From: an uncultured Desulfatitalea sp.
Lineage (GTDB): Bacteria; Desulfobacterota; Desulfobacteria; Desulfobacterales; Desulfosarcinaceae
Length of the DNA stretch: 64,000 bases
NCBI GenBank assembly: GCA_963668675.2
Contig: CAXXMB010000001.1
Span: 256,001 to 320,000, forward strand
Reading direction: 5' to 3'
Positions 18,854-28,567 of the stretch are shown piece after piece. Made by a program: the position numbers and the translations under genes. The number at the start of each line of letters is the position of its first letter. The first letter of the stretch is position 1. The notes under the pieces were generated by a model, which saw only the letters and a program-made list of their open reading frames with translations, did not search any database and was not told where the DNA came from.

Positions 18854-19471
18854 ATGAAACCCCATGAGATTGAAACGCGCAGTTTTGCGATCATCGAACA
18901 GGAGGCCGGGCCGCATCCCTACTCTGCCGTGCAATGGCAGATCGTGCGCCGCATGATCCACACCACGGCCGATTTCGAATACGTGAGCAATACCCGCTTC
19001 CACCCAAAAGCGGTAAGGAGCGGTACCGCAGCCCTGCGGGCCGGGGCCACCATTTTTACCGATACCAATATGGCCCGTAGCGGTATTCGCCAGACGGGAC
19101 TCGACGCATTCGGTGCAGAGGCGGTTTGTTTGATGGCCGAGGAGGCAATTGGCCGAAAGGCGCTGGCAAACGGAACGACCCGGGCCGAGGTGGCCGTGGA
19201 TGAGGTGGCTGATCGGCTGGACGGTGCCATATATGCGGTGGGCAATGCACCCACGGCGCTCTTGCGGTTGATCGAATTGATGCGGAGCAGCCAGGTTGCG
19301 CCTGCTTTGGTGATCGGCCTGCCGGTGGGGTTTGTCAATGCCGCCGAGTCGAAGGCTGCTTTGCTGGAGGCGGATGTGCCCTATATCACCAATGTTGGCC
19401 GCAAGGGCGGTTCCAGCGTGGCTGCGGCGGTGGTCAACGCGCTCGTGTTGTTGGCGGGGGAAACTGGTTAA
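18854..19471 (+). CDS. cbiC: Cobalt-precorrin-8 methylmutase
   Basis: IE.RSF, RMIHTTAD, GNAPTAL, PVGFV and GRKGGS. Confidence 0.95.
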   Translation: MKPHEIETRSFAIIEQEAGPHPYSAVQWQIVRRMIHTTADFEYVSNTRFHPKAVRSGTAALRAGATIFTDTNMARSGIRQTGLDAFGAEAVCLMAEEAIGRKALANGTTRAEVAVDEVADRLDGAIYAVGNAPTALLRLIELMRSSQVAPALVIGLPVGFVNAAESKAALLEADVPYITNVGRKGGSSVAAAVVNALVLLAGETG

Positions 19472-19487
19472 TTGGGGGTGGAAGCAT

Positions 19488-20597
19488 ATGTATCGTAGCG
19501 CCCGAAGCGATCTGCGTAGCGGTTTCACCACAGGTGTTGCGGCTGCAGCAGCGGTCAAGGCGGCGATGCGCTGCCTGATCGCTGCCACTGCTCCTCAGAA
19601 GGTTACGATCGATTTGCCCACCGGCGCTTCACTCGATATCGATGTGCACCGCTGTCAACAGACGGATGACATTACAGCCGTCTGTTCGGTGGTCAAAGAT
19701 GGGGGCGACGATCCTGACATCACCAATGGCGCAGAGATTGGCGCCAAGGTGCAGTGGCGCCCGGGCGGTTCGAATCGTAGAGTGGACGTGCGCGGCGGAG
19801 AGGGTGTCGGGCGGGTCACCAGACCGGGCCTCGAAGTCTCCCCTGGCCATGCAGCCATCAACCGCGTTCCCAGGAAGATGATTCGGGATGCAGCCTGTCA
19901 GGTGATGGCCGCAGGCAATGTTTTCGGCCGGGCCGTTGCTGAGATATTTGTCCCCCGGGGAGAGGAGTTGGCCCGCCATACCCTCAACGACCGCCTGGGC
20001 ATCGTGGGTGGGATCTCTATCCTGGGTACCACCGGCATCGTGAGGCCGCTCTCCCACGATGCCTATGTGGCAACCATTAAAGCGGCCATATCTGTGGCGC
20101 GGGCTTCAGGGGTGCAACGCGTGGTGATGACCACTGGCCGGCGCAGCGAACGATTTGCGCAAGCACTCTGGCCCGATCGGCCCGAAACCGCTTTCGTGCA
20201 GATCGGCGATTATTTCTCCGCCGCCCTGGGGATGGCTGCCGACCAACGGTTGGCGGAGGTGACCCTGGCTGTTTTTTTCGGAAAGGCGGTGAAGATGGCC
20301 ATGGCGATTCCCCATACCCATGCCCGATCGGCCCGGCTTACCTTGGCGCAGCTGGGGCGGTGGACCGCCGAAATCACCGGCCGTGAAGATTTGGCCCGGA
20401 AGGTGGCCGACGCCAATACGGCCCGGGCAGCCTTCGATCTGGTGGCCGACGATTATCCGGAGCTTATCGCCAAGGTGGGCGACGAGGTTCTGAAGGCGGC
20501 GGTGCGTTTTGCCGGCAACCGGCTGTCGGTACGGGCGGTCATCTTCGACTTCGGGGGCCGGGTGCGGTTTGACAGCGGTGAGGATCATACGCCATGA
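19488..20597 (+). CDS. cbiD: Cobalt-precorrin-5B C1-methyltransferase
   Basis: LRSGFTTG, KDGGDDPDIT and GGISILGTTGIV. Confidence 0.95.
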   Translation: MYRSARSDLRSGFTTGVAAAAAVKAAMRCLIAATAPQKVTIDLPTGASLDIDVHRCQQTDDITAVCSVVKDGGDDPDITNGAEIGAKVQWRPGGSNRRVDVRGGEGVGRVTRPGLEVSPGHAAINRVPRKMIRDAACQVMAAGNVFGRAVAEIFVPRGEELARHTLNDRLGIVGGISILGTTGIVRPLSHDAYVATIKAAISVARASGVQRVVMTTGRRSERFAQALWPDRPETAFVQIGDYFSAALGMAADQRLAEVTLAVFFGKAVKMAMAIPHTHARSARLTLAQLGRWTAEITGREDLARKVADANTARAAFDLVADDYPELIAKVGDEVLKAAVRFAGNRLSVRAVIFDFGGRVRFDSGEDHTP

Positions 20598-21820
20598 AAA
20601 AAGTTTTCGTCATCGGCATGGGATTGTCTGCACGGGATCTGACTTCAGCTTACCTGGAGATCATCCACTCGGCCGACCTGCTGATCGGCGGCCGCCGTCA
20701 TCTGGAGCATTTTGAGGAGCTGGAGGTTGAGAAGAGGGTTGTCAGTGGGCGCGTGAACGAGATTATCGAGGCTATTCGCACGGCCATGGAGCACCGCCAA
20801 GTGGTGGTGCTGGCCTCCGGTGATCCGCTTCTGTTTGGCATCGGGGCGCGCATTGTTGAGGGTATCGGCAAGGAGCGTGTGACCGTGCTGCCCAATATCT
20901 CCTCCATCGCTGCCGCCTTTGCCCGCATCAAACAGCCATGGGACGAGGCCCGCCTGGTGAGTCTGCATGGCCGCGACCGCCGTTTCGCACTTCTATCTGC
21001 ACTGAAGGCCGATGCGCCGGTTGCGGTGCCCACCGATCCAAAACAGACGCCGGCCTGGCTGGCAGGATGGCTATTGGAAAGGGGGGTCGATCACATGCAG
21101 ATGGTGGTTTTCGAGCGGTTGGGGGATAAACGTGAAGCGGTTGCCTGGTATACGCTTGAAGCGGCTTCCCGGAAGAATTTTGCCCAGCCCAACCTGGCCA
21201 TTTTGCTTCCGGTGAAGGAGAGTGGCTGCGATCCCCCATTTTTCAGTATCGGCATGCCGGAAGAGGCTTACCGGCACGAACGTGGATTGATCACCAAGTC
21301 CGAAATGCGCGCTGTAACGCTTGCCAAACTGAAACTTGGACCGGGCATGACCCTGTGGGATCTGGGGGCGGGAAGCGGCGCCGTCGGCATCGAGGCCTCG
21401 CTGCTGCTCGGCGACGGACGCATAGTGGCCGTGGAAGAAAAGAGCGAGCGCGTGGCCCAGATTCGTGCCAACGCGATAGGGTTTGGGGTATACAATCATG
21501 AAGTGGTTCAGGCTGAACTGCCCGATGGCCTGACAGGCTTGCCTCAGCCGGACCGTATTTTCGTGGGCGGCGGCGGACGCGATCTGGCCGCCATCGTCCG
21601 TGCTGGGGCGCAGTACCTCAAACCTGGTGGTACCCTGGTGGTCAACACGGTCCTGATTGAAAACCTGAGCCGCATCGTCGCAGTGCTCGAGGAGACCGGT
21701 TTGGCGTCCGAGGTGGTCCAGATGCAAATAAGCCGCGGCAGCCCCATGCCGTGGAGTACGCGTCTGGAGGCCCAGAACCCGGTATGGATCATCCAAGGCT
21801 GTGCAAAGGAGCGCGTGTGA
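20594..21820 (+). CDS. cbiET: Bifunctional CbiE/CbiT methyltransferase
   Basis: ASGDP, SLHGR, ITKSEMR, WDLGAGSG and FVGG. Confidence 0.93.
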   Translation: MKKVFVIGMGLSARDLTSAYLEIIHSADLLIGGRRHLEHFEELEVEKRVVSGRVNEIIEAIRTAMEHRQVVVLASGDPLLFGIGARIVEGIGKERVTVLPNISSIAAAFARIKQPWDEARLVSLHGRDRRFALLSALKADAPVAVPTDPKQTPAWLAGWLLERGVDHMQMVVFERLGDKREAVAWYTLEAASRKNFAQPNLAILLPVKESGCDPPFFSIGMPEEAYRHERGLITKSEMRAVTLAKLKLGPGMTLWDLGAGSGAVGIEASLLLGDGRIVAVEEKSERVAQIRANAIGFGVYNHEVVQAELPDGLTGLPQPDRIFVGGGGRDLAAIVRAGAQYLKPGGTLVVNTVLIENLSRIVAVLEETGLASEVVQMQISRGSPMPWSTRLEAQNPVWIIQGCAKERV

Positions 21821-22593
21821 ACCGTCCCGACTATCCTATCCTCTTTTGCGGTGCCGGGCCCGGCGACCCCGAACTGATCACGGTCAAAGGGCAGAAGGCC
21901 CTGGCGGTGGCAGATCTGATTCTCTATGCGGGCTCGCTGGTGCCCGAGGCGGTGCTGGTCTGGGCGGCCGGAACGGCAGAGCGGATCAGCAGTGCCGATA
22001 TGAACCTGCAAGAGATCGTTGAAACCATGGTTAAGGCATATCAGGACGGACGCCGTGTGGTGCGCCTCCACACCGGCGATCCCAGCCTCTATGGCGCCAT
22101 TCGCGAGCAGACGGACGAACTCGACGCCCGTGGCATCCCTTTCCGGATCATTCCCGGGGTCACGGCGGCCTTTGCCGCGGCCGCCGCCATGGGGATCGAG
22201 TACACCCTGCCCGAGCGCACGCAGACCCTGATTCTGACCCGAATGGCCGGCCGCACCCCGGTGCCCGATCGGGAGTCGTTGGCCTCTCTGGCGGCGCACG
22301 GCGCATCGCTGGTGATCTATCTGAGCATGGGGCTGCTCGACCAGGTGGTTCAGGTTTTGTCGGCGAGCTACGGCCCCCAAGCCCCCTGTGCCGTGGCCTA
22401 TCGGGTGAGCCATCCCGGGCAGCGCATCCTGAGGACGCACGTGGCCGATCTGGCGGCCACGGCCCGTGTCGAGGAGATCGGCCGTTTGGCAGTGGTAATG
22501 GTCGGTCCGGCCCTGGACGATCCCCGTGCCGAGGAGGCGCTGCGCTCGAAACTCTATGACAAGGATTTCAGCCATGGCTACCGTCCCGCGTAA
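21817..22593 (+). CDS. cbiF: Cobalt-precorrin-4 C11-methyltransferase
   Basis: GAGPGDPELIT, YAGSLV, RLHTGDPSLYGA and SKLYD.F.H; GTGA overlap. Confidence 0.95.
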   Translation: MNRPDYPILFCGAGPGDPELITVKGQKALAVADLILYAGSLVPEAVLVWAAGTAERISSADMNLQEIVETMVKAYQDGRRVVRLHTGDPSLYGAIREQTDELDARGIPFRIIPGVTAAFAAAAAMGIEYTLPERTQTLILTRMAGRTPVPDRESLASLAAHGASLVIYLSMGLLDQVVQVLSASYGPQAPCAVAYRVSHPGQRILRTHVADLAATARVEEIGRLAVVMVGPALDDPRAEEALRSKLYDKDFSHGYRPA

Positions 22594-23659
22594 TATCGCC
22601 GTCTGGGTGCTGACCGCCAAGGGCTTGGCTTTGGCGAATACGCTGAAACAGCACTGGCCGCAATTGACCGTCCACTGCCCGCCGCGTTTGTTACAGAAGT
22701 GTGTGGCCACACCGGCAAGGCCATTCGAACGGCTGGCCGATGCCGTGGCCGGCGCCTTTCAAACCTATGAGGGGCACGTTTTTGTCATGGCTGCCGGTAT
22801 TGTGGTGCGCACCGTCGCACCACTGCTGCATCACAAGGCGGTGGACCCTGCCGTCGTCGTGGTGGATGATGCCGGCCGGTTCGCCATCAGCCTGGTGGCC
22901 GGCCATATGGGGGGTGCCAACCGTCTGGCCGCTTCGGTGGCCGAGCTGTTGGGTGCAACAGCGGTGATCACCACCGCCACAGATAGCCATGGCCGGCCTG
23001 CGGTGGACCTGGTGGCTGCGGAACGCGGATTGAAGATTGAAAATCCAGCGGCCATCAAGAAGATCAACATGGCCCTGCTCGATGGCGTGCCGGTGCCGAT
23101 TTACGATTCGTCCGGCTGGTTGGCTGATGGCCTGGGCGGCGCAGCCCTTGCCGTTGAGGCGCAAACCCTGTCATCATCGCAGAGGGCTGCACCTGGCGTC
23201 TATGTGGGCGACCGCTGCAAATCCCTGCCGCCGGAGGTACTCGTGGTGCGGCCGCCTTCGCTGGTGGCGGGCATCGGCTGCAATCGCGGCACACCGGTTG
23301 CGGAGATCGAGGCGCTGCTGCGCAGCGTTCTGAAGGCCGGCTGCCTCTCCATAAACAGTCTGGCGAAGATCGCCACGGTTGACCTGAAGCAAGATGAACC
23401 GGGGTTGATCTCACTGGCCGTCGCCCTCGAAGTGCCGCTGGTGTTTCATTCACGGGACGCATTGAACCAAGTTCGTCATGTGCCCAATCCGTCGGCCATG
23501 GCGATCAAACACGTAGGAGTAAACAGCGTATGCGAAGCAGCCGCCCTGCTGACCGCCAGAGGAGGGACATTGATCGCTCCCAAACAGAAAAGCGCCAATG
23601 CGACCGTGGCCATCGCCCGCCGACCCTCTTCGTCGTCGGCATCGGTCCCGGTCACATAG
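22574..23659 (+). CDS. cbiG: Cobalt-precorrin-5A hydrolase
   Basis: GIVVR, DPAVVVVD, GHMGGAN, ITTATD, GIGC and SVCEAAA. Confidence 0.93.
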   Translation: MATVPRNIAVWVLTAKGLALANTLKQHWPQLTVHCPPRLLQKCVATPARPFERLADAVAGAFQTYEGHVFVMAAGIVVRTVAPLLHHKAVDPAVVVVDDAGRFAISLVAGHMGGANRLAASVAELLGATAVITTATDSHGRPAVDLVAAERGLKIENPAAIKKINMALLDGVPVPIYDSSGWLADGLGGAALAVEAQTLSSSQRAAPGVYVGDRCKSLPPEVLVVRPPSLVAGIGCNRGTPVAEIEALLRSVLKAGCLSINSLAKIATVDLKQDEPGLISLAVALEVPLVFHSRDALNQVRHVPNPSAMAIKHVGVNSVCEAAALLTARGGTLIAPKQKSANATVAIARRPSSSSASVPVT

Positions 23660-24399
23660 ACCATCTCTCCAAAAGGGCCCAGGAGGTGCTGGCCCAGGCC
23701 GATGCCATCGCCGGTTACGCTTCCTATCTCGATCTGATCCGACCGCTGATCGGCGATCGGGAGACGATCAGCAGCGGCATGGCCCGGGAGGTGCAACGCG
23801 TTGAGGCAGCCATTGAACGGGTCTTGGAGGGGTGCGAGGTGGCCCTGATCTCCAGCGGTGATGCGGGCATCTACGCCATGGCCGGCCTGGTGCTGGAGAT
23901 GTGCGCAGTGCGTGGGATTGACGTAGTGCCGGCGTCCGCGAAAGGGCAGGGGGCTCTGCAGATCGAGGTGGTGCCGGGTATCCCGGCGCTGTGTGCCGGA
24001 GCGGCGCTGTTGGGCGCCCCCTTGACACACGATTTTGCCGCTGTCAGTCTGAGTGATCTGCTGACCCCTTGGGAGACGATCGAGGGCCGTATCGACGCCG
24101 CGGCCCGGGCCGATTTCGTGATCGTGATCTACAATCCCAAAAGCAAGCGGCGTGACTGGCAGTTAAAACGGGCCCAGGAGATCATTCGGCAACACCGTGA
24201 CGGCACGACCCCGGTGGGCATCGTCACGGCCGCCATGCGGCCAGGGGAGCGTATCCACATCACGACCCTGGCGCGTCTGCACACCGAGACGGTGGATATG
24301 CAGACCACGGTGTTCGTCGGAAACAGCACCACCCGGACAGTGGGCGATTTCATGTATACCCCCCGGGGGTATGGGAAGAAGTATGCCATCGAGGGATGA
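23530..24399 (+). CDS. cbiH: Cobalt-precorrin-3B C17-methyltransferase
   Basis: VVGIGPG, SSGDAGIYAMA, HDFAAVSLSDLLTPW and TPRGY; AGGAG 10 nt before ATG 23530. Confidence 0.92.
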   Translation: MRSSRPADRQRRDIDRSQTEKRQCDRGHRPPTLFVVGIGPGHIDHLSKRAQEVLAQADAIAGYASYLDLIRPLIGDRETISSGMAREVQRVEAAIERVLEGCEVALISSGDAGIYAMAGLVLEMCAVRGIDVVPASAKGQGALQIEVVPGIPALCAGAALLGAPLTHDFAAVSLSDLLTPWETIEGRIDAAARADFVIVIYNPKSKRRDWQLKRAQEIIRQHRDGTTPVGIVTAAMRPGERIHITTLARLHTETVDMQTTVFVGNSTTRTVGDFMYTPRGYGKKYAIEG

Positions 24400-24421
24400 A
24401 CGGGATGAGGAGGGAAGTGCC

Positions 24422-24937
24422 ATGGAAGGCTATGTGCAGGTTTACACTGGCGACGGCAAAGGCAAGACCACGGCCGCTTTGGGCTTGGCCATGCGGGCGG
24501 CGGGGGCAGGGCTGAAGGTCTACATCGGTCAGTTTATCAAGAATGCATACTACAATGAGATTAAGTCACTCGAGAAGTTTTCGGATCAGATTACACTGGT
24601 GCAGTTCGGCCGGGGCTGCTTTATCCGCGGCAACCCATGCGAAGAGGATATTCAACTCGCCCGCAAGGGGCTTGACGCGATCACCGCAGCACTGAAATCC
24701 GGCAATTACGATCTCGTTATCGCCGACGAGGTTAATGTGGCTTTCGGAGTCCATCTGGTGAGCGAAGCCGACCTGCTGGCCCTGATCGAGGCGCGGCGGC
24801 CGGAGACTGAACTGGTCCTGACCGGTCGCAATGCCCCCCAGGCCGTAATCGACAGGGCTGACCTGGTGACCGAGATGCGCGAAGTGAAACACTACTACCA
24901 GCACGGTGTACTGGCACGTGAAGGGATCGAGAAATAG
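24422..24937 (+). CDS. cobO: Cob(I)yrinic acid a,c-diamide adenosyltransferase (CobO/BtuR)
   Basis: YTGDGKGKTTAA, QFIK, ELVLTGR and ADLVTEM..KHYY. Confidence 0.93.
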   Translation: MEGYVQVYTGDGKGKTTAALGLAMRAAGAGLKVYIGQFIKNAYYNEIKSLEKFSDQITLVQFGRGCFIRGNPCEEDIQLARKGLDAITAALKSGNYDLVIADEVNVAFGVHLVSEADLLALIEARRPETELVLTGRNAPQAVIDRADLVTEMREVKHYYQHGVLAREGIEK

Positions 24938-24938
24938 A

Positions 24939-26468
24939 ATGGGAGTAAAAGCGAAGTGCATTGCGGTCCTGGGCACCGGTTCGGATGTGGGCAAGAGCAT
25001 CGTGGCAACCGCGTTGTGCCGGCATTACGCCCGGCAGGGACTGAAGGTGGCGCCCTTCAAGGCTCAAAACATGTCCAACAACTCGGGGGTCACCCCCGAA
25101 GGGTTGGAGATGGGGCGTGCCCAGATCGTGCAGGCCGAGGCGGCCGGAGTTGCGCCGCATGTGAACATGAATCCCATTCTACTCAAACCCACCAGCGATT
25201 TAGGTGCCCAGGTGGTGGTGCTGGGCGAAGTGCGTATGAATGCCGCTGCCAAGGAGTATCACCAGCAGAAAGAGGGTCTTTTCCGGGTGGCGTGTGACGC
25301 TTTGGACCGGCTGCGCGACGGCCACGATCTGATCGTGATCGAAGGTGCCGGCTCGTGTGCCGAAGTGAACCTCATGGAGCGCGATATCGTCAACCTCTCC
25401 ATGGCGGCCTATGCTCAGGCGCCGGTGATCCTGGTGGCCGATATCCATCGCGGCGGGGTGTTCGCCCAGATCGTGGGCACCATGGCATGCCTGGCGGAGA
25501 AGCAGCGGCGGCAGATCGGCGGGGTGGTCATCAATCGTTTCCGGGGAGATATCTACCTGTTCCTGAACGGGGTGGCGTGGATCGAGGCGCGTATCGAGCG
25601 ACCGGTCATTGGGGTGCTGCCATGGTATGACGATTTTGTTATCGAAGCCGAAGACTCGGTGGTGATCGAGCGGCCTGGCGCAGGCACAGGGCAGGGGCCC
25701 TGCATCGCCGTTATCCGAGTGCCGCATATTTCCAACTTCACCGACTTCGATCCACTGATGCGGCTGAACGGTGTGGAATTGGTCTACCTGGAGAGACCCC
25801 GAGCACTTGATCGCTTCAAGGCCGTTATTTTGCCCGGCTCCAAGAACACCCGCAACGACCTGGAGTGGCTGGCGGCCATGGGTTGGCGCGACCTGATCCG
25901 GGCGTACCATCAACGCGGCGGACACCTGCTGGGCATCTGCGGCGGGTATCAGATGCTCGGTTCGGCGGTGATCGATCCGGATGGTGTCGAAGGCCGCCCC
26001 GGCAGGACGCCCGGCCTGGACCTGCTGCCGGTGGAGACAGAGTTGAAAGCGCCCAAAACCACCACGCGTACACGGTTTGTTTGGGACGGGGACGAGGGCA
26101 CAGGGTATGAGATCCATATGGGGCAGACGCGTCGTTTCGGCGGACAACCGCTGTTGGGGATCCAATCCCGCAACGGGAAGGCATGCATGGATCGGGACGG
26201 GTGCATCTCTGAAGAGGGACGTGTGCTGGGCAGTTACCTTCACGGGCTTTTTGATGCGACGGCCATCACCGTCCGCTGGCTCCAACAGATCGGCTTGGAA
26301 GGGATCCCGGTGGATGAAACGGAGGGCTTTGAGGCGCGCAACAGGGCCTATGATGCCCTGGCCGACCACGCCGGGCGTTACCTGGATCTCACGCTGGTCG
26401 ACCAACTGATCGGCAAGCCCATGTCATCCGGGCAACAGGTCGCCTGGAGAGGAGTAAAAAGCAGATGA
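24939..26468 (+). CDS. cobQ: Cobyric acid synthase (CobQ/CbiP)
   Basis: GTGSDVGKS, PFKAQNMS, EGAGS, ISNFTDF, GICGGYQMLG and GYEIH. Confidence 0.95.
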   Translation: MGVKAKCIAVLGTGSDVGKSIVATALCRHYARQGLKVAPFKAQNMSNNSGVTPEGLEMGRAQIVQAEAAGVAPHVNMNPILLKPTSDLGAQVVVLGEVRMNAAAKEYHQQKEGLFRVACDALDRLRDGHDLIVIEGAGSCAEVNLMERDIVNLSMAAYAQAPVILVADIHRGGVFAQIVGTMACLAEKQRRQIGGVVINRFRGDIYLFLNGVAWIEARIERPVIGVLPWYDDFVIEAEDSVVIERPGAGTGQGPCIAVIRVPHISNFTDFDPLMRLNGVELVYLERPRALDRFKAVILPGSKNTRNDLEWLAAMGWRDLIRAYHQRGGHLLGICGGYQMLGSAVIDPDGVEGRPGRTPGLDLLPVETELKAPKTTTRTRFVWDGDEGTGYEIHMGQTRRFGGQPLLGIQSRNGKACMDRDGCISEEGRVLGSYLHGLFDATAITVRWLQQIGLEGIPVDETEGFEARNRAYDALADHAGRYLDLTLVDQLIGKPMSSGQQVAWRGVKSR

Positions 26469-27586
26469 TCCAAGGTCACGGCGGCAACATCTACCGGCTG
26501 GCTGAACGGTTTGGGTGCCGGCCTGAACAGATTGACGATGTGAGCAGCAATATCAATCCATTAGGACCGCCGCCCGGCTTGATGGCATTCCTCAAGGAGC
26601 GCATGGCGGTTGTCTGCGCCCTGCCCGAGGTGGACAGCCGCAACACCGAAGCTCAGATGGCCGGCTTTTTGGGGGTCGAGCCGCAGTCGCTTCTGGCCGG
26701 AGCCGGGACGACCCAGTTCATCTACAGTATGTATCCGGCCCTCGAATCGGACAAGATCCTCATCCTGGGACCCACCTATTCCGACTATGCCGATGCCTGT
26801 CGTCAGAGGAGGATGCAGCCGTCCTATCTGCTGGCAACGGCGGAGAATCGCTTTCAGCCCGACCTGCAGCGTCTCGACCATCTGGCCGGCCGGGTCGACA
26901 CGGTGGTGATCTGCAACCCCAACAATCCCACCGGCGTCCTGATTCCCCGGAATCTATTGCGTGACCTCTGCCGCCGACATGCCGATACCCGTTTTGTGAT
27001 CGACGAGTCCTATCTCGGTTTTCTCCCCAAAGCGGAGCAGGAGAGCATGGTTTCCAGTGGCTTGGACAATGTGATCGTCCTGCACTCCCTCTCGAAACTC
27101 TACCGCCTCCCGGGGCTGCGCATCGGCTTTTTGACCGCCGTTCCCGAGGTGGTCGACCGTTTTCGAGCCGTTCGGACCCCCTGGAGCCTGAACAGTCTGG
27201 CCCAGGCGGCGGTGCGCTATGTGGCCACCCACGCCCAAACGATGGCGCAGTTCGTGGAGCAGAGCCGGACCTTCGTTGTCGGCGAGCGGCAGCTTCTCTT
27301 CGAGCGTTTGAACGCCGCCGTCCGCCTGCAGGCCTTTCCCAGCCATACCCCTTTCTTTTTGGTTGAACTGCCGGACGAATGGCGTGCCCCTCACGTGTGG
27401 GAGCGGTTTGCCCGGGAGGGCGTGCTGATACGCGACTGCAGCAACTTTGTCGGACTGGACGACCGGTTCATCCGCATTGCGATAAACCAACCGGAGATCA
27501 ATCGCAAAGTTGCCAGGATGCTGGCCGGTTTATGCACCTCAGCGGATGGGTATGATTTACGTCCCCTTGCAGATAGAGAGAGATGA
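26465..27586 (+). CDS. cobD: L-threonine-O-3-phosphate decarboxylase
   Basis: HGGN, SSNINPLG, CNPNNPTG, DESY and SLSK...PGLRIG (PLP lysine). Confidence 0.9.
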   Translation: MIQGHGGNIYRLAERFGCRPEQIDDVSSNINPLGPPPGLMAFLKERMAVVCALPEVDSRNTEAQMAGFLGVEPQSLLAGAGTTQFIYSMYPALESDKILILGPTYSDYADACRQRRMQPSYLLATAENRFQPDLQRLDHLAGRVDTVVICNPNNPTGVLIPRNLLRDLCRRHADTRFVIDESYLGFLPKAEQESMVSSGLDNVIVLHSLSKLYRLPGLRIGFLTAVPEVVDRFRAVRTPWSLNSLAQAAVRYVATHAQTMAQFVEQSRTFVVGERQLLFERLNAAVRLQAFPSHTPFFLVELPDEWRAPHVWERFAREGVLIRDCSNFVGLDDRFIRIAINQPEINRKVARMLAGLCTSADGYDLRPLADRER

Positions 27587-28554
27587 TGGCAGATCCCTCC
27601 ACTTTCGACCTCGCTTGGCTGGTCATCCCGACCGCTGTCGCCCTGGACCTGCTTCTGGGCGATCCGCAGGGGTGGCCCCATCCGGTGCGCTGGATGGGAC
27701 GGGCCATCGAGTGGATGGAACCGATCTTTAGAAAGCGCTGGCACAATGAATATTTCGCAGGAACCGTCTTCGCGGTCGGGTTGATTTTGGCCGCTTGGCT
27801 GGCCGCAGTTGCCGTGGTGCAGGTGTTGACAGGTTTTCATCCTATTCTGGGGGCACTTGCCGAGGTGACGATGATTTACTACTCCCTTTCGGTCCGCTCG
27901 CTCAGGGATGCGGCGCTGGAGATCCACGGCCTGCTGAAGCGGGGCGAGACCGAAACGGCTCGCACGAAGCTCTCATTTATCGTGGGCCGGGATGTGGAAC
28001 GCTACCAGGACCAAGACATTGCCCGCGCCACCGTGGAGACCGTTGCGGAGAACGTTGTGGATGGTGTGCTGTCGCCGCTCTTTTTTGTCGCCATCGGCGG
28101 CGCACCGCTCGGCATGGCCTACAAGATGGTCAACACCCTGGATTCAATGGTGGGCTACAGAAACGAGCGCTATTTGCGATTTGGAAGAGGTGCCGCCCGT
28201 ATCGATGATGCGGCCAACTATATTCCCTCTCGCCTTTCCATACTGGTGATTTGTGCGGCCGCCGGATGGTTGGACCCGCGGCGCAGTCGGCGTGCCTTCA
28301 GGACGGCGCTGCTCGAAGGCCGTCGCCACAGCAGTCCCAACGCCGGTTATCCCGAAGCGGCCTTTGCCGGGGCCCTGGGCATTCGGCTGGCTGGGCCAAA
28401 TTACTATCATGGTCGTCTGGTGGCGAAGCCGTATATCGGTCGCCGATTCGGACCGGCCGCGGCCAACCACATTGTCAATGCTTGCCAGCTCATGCTGATC
28501 GCTTCCCTGATCGGCGCTGGCGCAGCCTGGCTCACCGGTGCAATTATATACTGA
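27583..28554 (+). CDS. cbiB: Adenosylcobinamide-phosphate synthase
   Basis: GDP...HPV, VGRD, ETVAEN, NTLDSMVGY and SPNAG. Confidence 0.95.
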   Translation: MMADPSTFDLAWLVIPTAVALDLLLGDPQGWPHPVRWMGRAIEWMEPIFRKRWHNEYFAGTVFAVGLILAAWLAAVAVVQVLTGFHPILGALAEVTMIYYSLSVRSLRDAALEIHGLLKRGETETARTKLSFIVGRDVERYQDQDIARATVETVAENVVDGVLSPLFFVAIGGAPLGMAYKMVNTLDSMVGYRNERYLRFGRGAARIDDAANYIPSRLSILVICAAAGWLDPRRSRRAFRTALLEGRRHSSPNAGYPEAAFAGALGIRLAGPNYYHGRLVAKPYIGRRFGPAAANHIVNACQLMLIASLIGAGAAWLTGAIIY

Positions 28555-28567
28555 TGCTTATCTGTCC

